From the NCBI GenBank assembly GCA_050050475.1, contig JASFUC010000001.1, positions 1 to 45,289 on the forward strand: a DNA stretch of 45,289 nucleotides. Direction: 5' to 3'. Source of the DNA: Nitrosopumilaceae archaeon (GTDB taxonomy: Archaea; Thermoproteota; Nitrososphaeria; Nitrososphaerales; Nitrosopumilaceae). Below, one piece after another: positions 7,477 to 14,658 of this stretch; positions within the stretch are counted from its first letter, which is position 1, and every line of letters begins with the position of its first letter. A program made the position numbers and the translations under genes. The notes under the pieces were generated by a model, which did not search any database, was not told the DNA's origin, and saw only the letters and a program-made list of their open reading frames with translations.

Positions 7477-7653
7477 ATGGTAAAAATTAGCTGCAAAAAC
7501 TATGGATTTGACTGTGATTTTGAAGTAAACGAAAGTGAGCCTGATGCCATTAACAAGTTTCAAAAACACTCAATGGTAAAGCATGGAATAGAGTATAGTT
7601 CAGGAACGTTGAATCAAATTATTATGAGGATGAAAAAAAAGCCTAAACTTTAG
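7477..7653 (+). CDS. DUF1059-like small metal-binding protein
   Basis: MVKISCKNYGFDCDFEVNESEPDAINKFQKHSMVKHGIEYS. The track ORF begins at GTG 7462. Confidence 0.7.
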   Translation: MVKISCKNYGFDCDFEVNESEPDAINKFQKHSMVKHGIEYSSGTLNQIIMRMKKKPKL

Positions 7654-7708
7654 GTTTTAAAAAGTTGTTTCCATATTGGAAAAATAATTTTAACAATTCT
7701 TGAAACTC

Positions 7709-8509
7709 TTATTCCTTTAGCTTGCTTTCCTCAAATAAATCCGAACCATACCAAGAGTATCTGAAATAATCAAGACACCACTCATGAAACATCGGGTCAT
7801 CACTGTAAAACATCACGCTTATGTCTGATTCTCCATCCTTGTTTGGAAACATCACGCATGCCTCTTTTTCACTTAACACCAAAACTGTCTGGACATTGAG
7901 TTTCATCTTTCGTTCCACAAGTCCCTTTTCCATCAATTTATCAAACCCCAGCTTTTTTAACAATGATTTTCGTCCCTTTGGAATAACGGCTGACTCAGAG
8001 AAGATATAGTTGAATTTTACTCCTTTTTTGACTCTTTTAACCAAGGGCTCAATAAGATCAAGAGGGACCTCAGATAAAATCTCAAAAATATATTCATTGG
8101 AATTTTTGTAAATTGACTTCCATTGCTCCATCACCTTTGAGAATCCCTTGATGTACTTTCCATTGGCAAGCTGACCGCACCGCATTTTGAATTTATAAGG
8201 GATGTCTCCTAGTGTGTGTTCTTCAAAATACTTGCGATTCTGAGACAAGAAAACAACTGTTGGTACCTGTGTACAAACAACCTCGCCGAAGGTGGTAAGT
8301 GAATATTTTCCATCGACTTTTTTTTCAATCAATCCACTTTCGACCAGTCTAGTAAAATTTCTATGAACCTCTTGTTTAGTAGCATCAAGTTTTGTGGCAA
8401 TTTGAGTTGGTGTTGAACTTTCTCCTAATAAGATGAATAAAATGTTTAATCTTTGAGGGCTGGCAAGATCTAAAACATAATCTGCTGTTTCCTCAATGAT
8501 ATCTGCCAT
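7709..8509 (-). CDS. ArsR-type wHTH regulator with DUF1724 (FilR1-like) C-terminal domain
   Basis: ASPQRLNILFILLGESSTPTQIATKLDATKQEVHRNFTRLVESGLIEK followed by a ~180-aa C-terminal domain. Confidence 0.75.
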   Translation of the reverse strand: MADIIEETADYVLDLASPQRLNILFILLGESSTPTQIATKLDATKQEVHRNFTRLVESGLIEKKVDGKYSLTTFGEVVCTQVPTVVFLSQNRKYFEEHTLGDIPYKFKMRCGQLANGKYIKGFSKVMEQWKSIYKNSNEYIFEILSEVPLDLIEPLVKRVKKGVKFNYIFSESAVIPKGRKSLLKKLGFDKLMEKGLVERKMKLNVQTVLVLSEKEACVMFPNKDGESDISVMFYSDDPMFHEWCLDYFRYSWYGSDLFEESKLKE

Positions 8510-8571
8510 GAGTAATCATGTTTTGATTTGCTACATAAAAACCCGATGAAAATGAGGTGATACTAATTAGG

Positions 8572-9546
8572 TTACTCGACTACTTCGATTAACTCTTTGA
8601 GTTTTCTTCGAGATTTTGGTGGTTTTTTCTTGTCGGGATACCCTATACATAATATTGATGATGGTCTCAAATAGGTGCCAAGAATATCTTGCACTTTTTT
8701 CTCATCTAACATTCCAATCCAAATAGAGCTTAGGCCAAGACCTGTGGCTGCAATCTGTGAATAGGATGCAGCTAAAGTAGCATCCTGTAAAGAAAATTTC
8801 TCTAAAATCTCAGGAGGGAATTTCAGCTTTACACGAGAAGGATCCATACAAAAAACCAAAACTATGGGTGCATTAACATAAGGTTGTTTATTTGCAGCCT
8901 CAACTAAGGCTTGTTTGATATCCTTGTTTTTGATATAGAATATTTTAAGTCCTTGAAAGTTTCCGGCTGTTGGGGCAGTATCAGCTGCTGCTAAGATTTT
9001 GTCTACTTTCCATTCTTCTACTTTCGTTTTTGCAAATTTTCTTGTAGAACGTCTGGTTGAAAATATCCTAAAAACATCAGTTTCAGAAAGGTCTTCGAAA
9101 GGTTTTTTGGGACTAGATAAAATTGCCTTCAAGAGAGATGGTTCAGAGGGTGTACTTTTCACATCTTTTTTTCCTTTTTTATCATCTGTTCCTTTTCTAA
9201 TCCATACTGATGGATAGAAAGTCTTTGTACTAATTTGAACATATTTTGGCTCATGTGGAACTTTGGCAAACTCTAGCACTTGTTTTTGCAATTCAAAGGT
9301 GTCTGTCTCTAGAGGTCTGTGTCCTTGTAAAGTAAACTGCGTAACATCCGAATTAACCATTATAGTACTAATTTGGTCTTCTAAAGTGACGGTTCCTGTA
9401 ACATCTTTTTGAAAAATTTCAACAAGTGAATCAAACTCTTTTTTGTTTAAAATTACTGTATCTGAATCATCTTCATCTTTTCCTTCCCAAATCAATCTAC
9501 ATCCATCTTTTGATGTGTATGCCGGCTCAATACGAGAAAATTGCAT
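8572..9546 (-). CDS. Nitroreductase-family protein with ~150-aa N-terminal extension of unknown function
   Basis: The C-terminal half has RRSTRKF...ILAAADTAPTAGNFQ...LAASYSQIAATGLGLSSIWIG, a typical nitroreductase pattern. Confidence 0.75.
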   Translation of the reverse strand: MQFSRIEPAYTSKDGCRLIWEGKDEDDSDTVILNKKEFDSLVEIFQKDVTGTVTLEDQISTIMVNSDVTQFTLQGHRPLETDTFELQKQVLEFAKVPHEPKYVQISTKTFYPSVWIRKGTDDKKGKKDVKSTPSEPSLLKAILSSPKKPFEDLSETDVFRIFSTRRSTRKFAKTKVEEWKVDKILAAADTAPTAGNFQGLKIFYIKNKDIKQALVEAANKQPYVNAPIVLVFCMDPSRVKLKFPPEILEKFSLQDATLAASYSQIAATGLGLSSIWIGMLDEKKVQDILGTYLRPSSILCIGYPDKKKPPKSRRKLKELIEVVE

Positions 9547-9590
9547 ACCTAATATCTAATCCTAATAAAATAAAAAATTAGTTACGGGGG

Positions 9591-9776
9591 CTATGCCCCT
9601 CCTGTAACTAAGAATGCACCAATTCCCATGCCCATTACGACGCCAATTCCCATACAAATAAGGTCAAACTTAACGACTTTACTAAATGGTGCATGAACCA
9701 TTTTGTCCCAAGTGCTTTGGGGGTGTGTTTGAGTTGTTTGTGTTATCATGAATAACCTATGGTGATTCTTCTTCAT
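9591..9776 (-). CDS. Small protein with C-terminal Gly-rich TM helix
   Basis: ICMGIGVVMGMGIGAFLVTGGA tail. The start is uncertain (an internal ATG is possible). Confidence 0.35.
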   Translation of the reverse strand: MKKNHHRLFMITQTTQTHPQSTWDKMVHAPFSKVVKFDLICMGIGVVMGMGIGAFLVTGGA

Positions 9777-9856
9777 AGATTGTGGTAAATTGAATAAATG
9801 ATTGGTCAGCTGATTTGTTGACCGAGTTTAATATCCAATGGAAACTTAACTATCCT

Positions 9857-10039
9857 ATGAGAAATGAATCATGCAGAAAATGTGGTGCAGAATTAGAAAT
9901 TAAACAAAAATGTTCTGTATGCAAGGAAGGAATAACCTGTATTTGTAAAGAATGCCATTTTGAGACAGAGGAACAAATACACTTACAATGTACCTTAATG
10001 GATATGGATTACAAATTATTAGATTCCAGAGTAGCTTAA
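9857..10039 (+). CDS. Small zinc-ribbon protein
   Basis: MRNESCRKCGAELEIKQKCSVCKEGITCICKECHF has several CxxC pairs. The track ORF starts at TTG 9815. Confidence 0.5.
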   Translation: MRNESCRKCGAELEIKQKCSVCKEGITCICKECHFETEEQIHLQCTLMDMDYKLLDSRVA

Positions 10040-10093
10040 ACCTAAGATTCACGAATCATTATCTTTATTATTTGAATCAAGATATTATAAAAA

Positions 10094-10192
10094 ATGAAAA
10101 TTCTAACAACTAGGAAAAAACTTATCATTCAATTTGTTGGAGTCGGAATTGCTATGGCAGTTGGACTTCTAATATATTACATTTTCAAATAA
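10094..10192 (+). CDS. 32-aa single-TM micro-protein
   Basis: MKILTTRKKLIIQFVGVGIAMAVGLLIYYIFK. Confidence 0.3.
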   Translation: MKILTTRKKLIIQFVGVGIAMAVGLLIYYIFK

Positions 10193-10216
10193 CTAATAAA
10201 TTTAATAAAAACAGAT

Positions 10217-10651
10217 TCAAACCTGTTCTAGCATTTTTAGAATATTTTTAATTATTTTATTATGATCCGAATCAATATCCACACTTACCAAGAGCAATGT
10301 TTTATTTTCCAAGGGAAATGTTATTCGTTTAACTCTCTCGTATTCCGCCATAGCATATCTTGTTTTTCCAAGCTTATGTTCTGCCATTTTTCTTCCAACC
10401 ATTCTTTCATTGGCATGCCAAATTGATTGATCTAGTTCATCTGAATCTAAAATTCCCACTGTGTTGTACCTATACCCTCCAAATTTCTTTACTCCGTCCT
10501 TAACAATCATTGAAAAACGTACTGCCTCATCAATGTCTAAAACATCCTTGCAAATCTGCTCAATATCCACTGATAACAAATCTCTTAATTCATTAAAATA
10601 GATTTTATTCTTTTTCCATTTCCTGAAAATTAAATTTAATATATTTTTCAT
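10217..10651 (-). CDS. Hypothetical protein (possibly roadblock/LC7-like fold)
   Basis: 144-aa ORF with no recognisable catalytic motif. Confidence 0.5.
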   Translation of the reverse strand: MKNILNLIFRKWKKNKIYFNELRDLLSVDIEQICKDVLDIDEAVRFSMIVKDGVKKFGGYRYNTVGILDSDELDQSIWHANERMVGRKMAEHKLGKTRYAMAEYERVKRITFPLENKTLLLVSVDIDSDHNKIIKNILKMLEQV

Positions 10652-10687
10652 ATCTGTATGTTTCCTACTCTATTGTGAAGAGTAGAC

Positions 10688-11650
10688 ATGCTTAAGTTAT
10701 CATTTTACCTAGGGTTTTTGATGATTCGATATTCTTTGGTCATATTTTTTACAATTTTGCTTACTTCCCCAGGTTTGATGCAGGTAATAGCTCAAGAGGA
10801 TCTGGAGAGTCAACTTCCACTCAGCATCGATGCTCACACAAACCAGAATTTTTATGAATATGGAGAAAGCGTCGGGGTTAGCGGAAAAATAAAAAATTAT
10901 GATGCAGACCTTCATTCAGGTCTTTCAGTGGAATATCGTGTTTTGAATCCTTCAGGAGAGTTGGTAAAATCAGGTCAGACAGATCCTGGTCAATTTGGTG
11001 CATTCAGCTTTAATTTTATCACGAAAGGTACTTCATTTGAGACAAGCGGTGATTACTCTATTCACATAACTTTTGATATCGTAGAAGCAGAACTCCCGAT
11101 GTTTTTCACAGGAGGAGTTCCAATAGTTGAAGACGTTACGCCACCTAAAATCGTTCAACATGAAGACATTGTGGTTTTGGCAGAAACAAGCGATGCACTA
11201 ACTCCATTAAAATTTGATGTTTCAGTGATTGATGATATTGATGAAACTGTCATTCCTACATGCAAACCTGAGTCTGGATTTCTCTTCGGTATTGGCAAAA
11301 CCATTATCAAGTGTACTGCAAAAGACTCTTCCGGAAACTTTGCAACTCCTATGTTTTTTTCAGTTATTGTAAGTCCTCCCCTAACTTCAATTCCCAGTTG
11401 GGTAAAAAACGTCGCAGATTTTTGGTGTCAAGACCAAATTGACGACGCATCTTTTGTTGAAGGAATTCAATATCTTATAGATAATGGAATAATTGTTGTA
11501 CCCGCAAAATCTAAAATAATTAATGATATGCAAGAGGTTCCGCAATGGGTAAAAAACAATGCTTGTTGGTGGTCTGAAGGTTCAATTACTGATTTAGACT
11601 TTGCATCGGGAATTGAATATCTGGTTCGCGAGGGAATTATTGTGGTCTAA
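10688..11650 (+). CDS. Secreted protein with HYR-like domain and two C-terminal Trp-rich modules
   Basis: Signal/TM N-terminus. TCKPESGFLFGIGKTIIKCTAKDSSGNFATPMFFSVIV is HYR-like. Modules at 11390-11500 and 11537-11647. Confidence 0.75.
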   Translation: MLKLSFYLGFLMIRYSLVIFFTILLTSPGLMQVIAQEDLESQLPLSIDAHTNQNFYEYGESVGVSGKIKNYDADLHSGLSVEYRVLNPSGELVKSGQTDPGQFGAFSFNFITKGTSFETSGDYSIHITFDIVEAELPMFFTGGVPIVEDVTPPKIVQHEDIVVLAETSDALTPLKFDVSVIDDIDETVIPTCKPESGFLFGIGKTIIKCTAKDSSGNFATPMFFSVIVSPPLTSIPSWVKNVADFWCQDQIDDASFVEGIQYLIDNGIIVVPAKSKIINDMQEVPQWVKNNACWWSEGSITDLDFASGIEYLVREGIIVV

Positions 11651-11721
11651 TTTCTCATTTGATAGAATGCTTATCTTTTCTTTGGTTTAAGAAATTCAAA
11701 ACAATTGCACTCTGAAAGGAA

Positions 11722-13263
11722 CTACTCTGTGGCATACTTTATCAAATCAGAAAGATTTTTGCTCTTTCCTTCTGGAAGTTCTGTTATTCCTCCAATTAGA
11801 CTTTCAGTGACAACACCGTTCCCTGCAAGAACTTTGGTTGCCATAAGTGAGGTCTGACCGGCCATACACACAAGTAAAGATTTGCCTCCTTGAAGATCCG
11901 GATTTAACTCATCAGGAATTTTCTGTGTTGCAAGCAGTTTTCCAACGGTTGTTGCAGTAGGTACTGAAATTTTTGACGGGTCTACCCCTAGAGATTTTGC
12001 AATAAGCTCTATTCCTTCCTGTTTTGGAGTATATTGAGTGTGAATCCAAATTATTTTGTTGTATTCATTAGCGCTGGTTGTTGCCTCATTAAGGGAGACT
12101 TGAGTTCTAGTCTGTTTTTTTGACATGTCTTCAAGATTCTTTTTGTATTTTTCAATTCCATCTGCTACAATTACTACAAACTTCCCACCATTTCCAAAGT
12201 TTGCCAACTGGATTGCAGCATAAAGTGCAAGGGCACTGCTTTCACCGATGCTGTGTCCTTTATCTACAAAAAATTTGAGTAGAGGTTTCGCCTGCTCAAA
12301 ATCTACTTCATGTTGTCCTGCATACACTTGTGGCTCATAAAGTGTCAAGCCAGATGCCTTGGCTTTTGTCCTTATTCCTGCAACATCTTGGGCGCTTTGA
12401 GGAAATACTACATGAAGGGCCTTTTTCCCATATTTTTCGGAGACATATCTGCTCATTCCACCGGACGTACCACCAGTACCAAATGTGCAAACAATTCTAT
12501 AATCTTCAAGGGAATCTCCCAACTCCTGTAATTGTTGGTCAATTTCAGGTGTAGTAACAGTCTTGTGGACATCAAGATTTAGGTTATTGTCATATTGTTC
12601 TGGACAAAAACAATCGTAAATCTTTGCTAGAAACCTTGCCAAATTTATGATATCTTGTTTTGCTAAAAGTGATAAAATCTGTGGCATTTCTCTATCAAAT
12701 ATTGCCACATCAAAACCAAGATCGGATAATTGTTGGCGAACATTTGCAGCAGTTGCCTTTGCAGTCAAATCATTTGTACTGTCTTTCATTCCAGGGGCAG
12801 GACAAATGTCCATGTCAAGATCCATAATCCTGATATTCTCATTTCTCAATTCCTCAAAGACTCCTTCTTGAAGCCTTCTTGATACCAGCGAAATCACATT
12901 TAAGCCAAGTTTTGATAATTGCCCCAAAGCAATTCCAAAGTTACCCGAGGTCGCCTCAATTACAGTTTGTCCAGTTTTGAGCCTTCCATTTACAATAGCA
13001 TCATGAATTATGTGAACTGCAGGCCTTACCTTGATTGAACCTGTTGGTAATTTTGATTCAAATTTACCCAAAACCTTAAGATCAGAGTCATCAAGATTAA
13101 GATTGTATACTGTTCTTGCACATTCCTTCAGGTCAGAGGTAAGATCAACTAGAGGTGTTTTATTTACTATCTTTGTTTTATCCTGCTCGTCTAGATGGGG
13201 AACCTTGCACCATATGTCTTGTTTAAACTTCTCAAGCAAAACATTGTCAATTTGTCCTTCCAA
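11722..13263 (-). CDS. PLP-dependent Trp-synthase-beta-fold enzyme (CysK/CysM-like) fused to a C-terminal rhodanese-like domain
   Basis: GSIKVRP (PLP lysine), ATSGNFG and GTGGTSGG loops. The C-terminal LLVCMAGQTS Cys loop lies at ~11851-11874. Confidence 0.75.
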   Translation of the reverse strand: MEGQIDNVLLEKFKQDIWCKVPHLDEQDKTKIVNKTPLVDLTSDLKECARTVYNLNLDDSDLKVLGKFESKLPTGSIKVRPAVHIIHDAIVNGRLKTGQTVIEATSGNFGIALGQLSKLGLNVISLVSRRLQEGVFEELRNENIRIMDLDMDICPAPGMKDSTNDLTAKATAANVRQQLSDLGFDVAIFDREMPQILSLLAKQDIINLARFLAKIYDCFCPEQYDNNLNLDVHKTVTTPEIDQQLQELGDSLEDYRIVCTFGTGGTSGGMSRYVSEKYGKKALHVVFPQSAQDVAGIRTKAKASGLTLYEPQVYAGQHEVDFEQAKPLLKFFVDKGHSIGESSALALYAAIQLANFGNGGKFVVIVADGIEKYKKNLEDMSKKQTRTQVSLNEATTSANEYNKIIWIHTQYTPKQEGIELIAKSLGVDPSKISVPTATTVGKLLATQKIPDELNPDLQGGKSLLVCMAGQTSLMATKVLAGNGVVTESLIGGITELPEGKSKNLSDLIKYATE

Positions 13264-13509
13264 TAACCTACATGATCTTGAAACTAATATAAAACAAACC
13301 GCTGACTGATTTGAAAAATAATTCCAAATCTTAAGAATAATAGGATAACTGAACTAATTCAGAACTATGCTTTTTTATGTTTGGAAATTTTAGGTGATAT
13401 TCCCTATCATTTCTTCAAATATAGACACTCCTTTTACCTAAAATAATTAGAATCACATTTATGATAATCTTGTCAATAAGATCCTTTTTTGAAATTTTCT
13501 TTGAGATTT

Positions 13510-13537
13510 TTTGTTAACAAACGATAACATTGTTATC
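13510..13537. promoter_or_regulatory. Adjacent palindromes TTTGTTAACAAA and GATAAC-ATT-GTTATC upstream of a micro-operon
   Basis: Both were read directly as perfect palindromes. The second has the same TAAC-ATT-GTTA core as the 1944/2306/3195 sites. Confidence 0.5.
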
Positions 13538-13556
13538 GGCAAGGTTAAATATCAAC

Positions 13557-13640
13557 ATGAAAGAAAAAAATATGAAATTCCTAATTGTGAATTTTAATAA
13601 CTTTTATGAATTCATCAAATACGAGTTAAAACATGGATGA
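13557..13640 (+). CDS. 27-aa micro-ORF (first of a packed four-ORF array)
   Basis: MKEKNMKFLIVNFNNFYEFIKYELKHG. It overlaps the next ATG by 8 nt. Confidence 0.25.
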   Translation: MKEKNMKFLIVNFNNFYEFIKYELKHG

Positions 13641-13782
13641 GGATAAAATGATTCAAAATATACAAGAAAGATTTGGATTATCAAAAATTCAAGCAAGTGT
13701 AATCCATTTTCAATTAAAAGAACACTTCACAAAAGAAAAAAAGATGACAAAAAATTCCAACAAGTTTTCTGAGGTTACTTGA
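13633..13782 (+). CDS. 49-aa micro-protein
   Basis: MDEDKMIQNIQERFGLSKIQASVIHFQLKEHFTKEKKMTKNSNKFSEVT. Its stop is 1 nt before the next ATG. Confidence 0.35.
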   Translation: MDEDKMIQNIQERFGLSKIQASVIHFQLKEHFTKEKKMTKNSNKFSEVT

Positions 13783-13783
13783 T

Positions 13784-13882
13784 ATGAAGTATGGGTGCTG
13801 CAAAGACTGCAATTGTGCATCTAAAAAAATACGAGATCCGGGATGTACATGCAATAACCATGAATTGAATGAGGATGATTAA
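13784..13882 (+). CDS. 32-aa Cys-rich micro-peptide (6 Cys)
   Basis: MKYGCCKDCNCASKKIRDPGCTCNNHELNEDD. It has 23/28 aa identity to 24404..24511 despite 13 synonymous codon differences. Confidence 0.7.
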   Translation: MKYGCCKDCNCASKKIRDPGCTCNNHELNEDD

Positions 13883-13885
13883 GAT

Positions 13886-14032
13886 ATGAAGAAAAGGCTT
13901 ACAATAATGCTTGATGAGGATCTTCTAAAAAAGTTACATGAAATTCAAGCAAAACAAATTAAGGATTCATCTCAATCTGTAAGCCTCTCTGCTGTCTTAA
14001 ATGAAATCTTACGCTCAAGTCTAAAGAAATAG
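13886..14032 (+). CDS. 48-aa ribbon-helix-helix (CopG-like) micro-protein
   Basis: MKKRLTIMLDEDLLKKLHEIQAKQIKDSSQSVSLSAVLNEILRSSLKK. Paralog of 18575..18718. Confidence 0.65.
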   Translation: MKKRLTIMLDEDLLKKLHEIQAKQIKDSSQSVSLSAVLNEILRSSLKK

Positions 14033-14423
14033 AAGTTTTTCCTACAAGGAAAACCATTTCAAATTTTTGAATAAATGGATATGTTACATGAATAAATCCT
14101 TGGTGAGCATTATTAACAAATTTTGTTTAATGCACTCTATGAAACGATACGTCAAAACTTTAACTCCATCTTGGAAAGAATGTGGCTTGTGCCAATTAAT
14201 CCCAAGAAAGATGGAAACAACTGAAATCATGGAGGGTATTATTTGACAAATTACTCTGCCGGTGACAAATCTGGAAAGAAATCCATGCAGAGAATATTTA
14301 ACCTTTCAAACTCCCCCAAAATTGGGTTGATGGTCCAAGTGTTAGATATTATAGTAAAAGTAGGCTCTTCGATATAACTCCAAAAAAATTTGAACTACTT
14401 TTTTGGGAAAAAAGATGCAGAGA

Positions 14424-14594
14424 TTAAGATCCCATAAACCCATGTAGTTTTTCAATAACTAATTTGTTATCTTGTTCCCTAATTTCTAAAACATGGCCAA
14501 CTCTCCAATTAAGTTGGTTGATCAATTCCTCTGGGATCTCAACATCGTAAGTGTTTTTCTGTTTTTTTAACCTAGTTGTTTTAACTAGTGTCAT
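14424..14594 (-). CDS. 56-aa AbrB/MazE/SpoVT-type DNA-binding protein
   Basis: MTLVKTTRLKKQKNTYDVEIPEELINQLNWRVGHVLEIREQDNKLVIEKL fits a swapped-hairpin barrel pattern. Confidence 0.6.
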   Translation of the reverse strand: MTLVKTTRLKKQKNTYDVEIPEELINQLNWRVGHVLEIREQDNKLVIEKLHGFMGS

Positions 14595-14658
14595 AATATT
14601 TACAGGAATTTATCATATCTAAGAATTATTGCTTCTAAAATAATTTTAAAACTCAGAA

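Noticed and set aside
9578-9612. GC-rich imperfect hairpin (agttacggggg...cccctcctgtaact) considered as an RNA gene or terminator
   Set aside because: It overlaps the 3' end of the small ORF 9591..9776, is short and imperfect, and no tRNA-like cloverleaf can be drawn.
12310-13309. Plus-strand ORFs antisense to the PLP-enzyme gene. The same applies to other track ORFs: 2924..3151, 4119..4352, 4622..4944, 5396..5886, 6468..6716, 7821..8009, 8999..9217, 10709..10915, 19431..19743, 24976..25426, 26046..28318 internal ORFs, 31954..32811, 33407..33610, 35720..36442, 37556..38411, 41471..41713, 42834..43961, 44074..44382 and 44779..45057
   Set aside because: These are shadow ORFs inside or opposite longer genes with clear family signatures. 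Their compositions are low-complexity and they have no motifs.
14040-14423. Search for a toxin gene partnered with the AbrB-type ORF
   Set aside because: Both strands give only short ORFs (51 aa or less) with no toxin-like motifs. No call was made.
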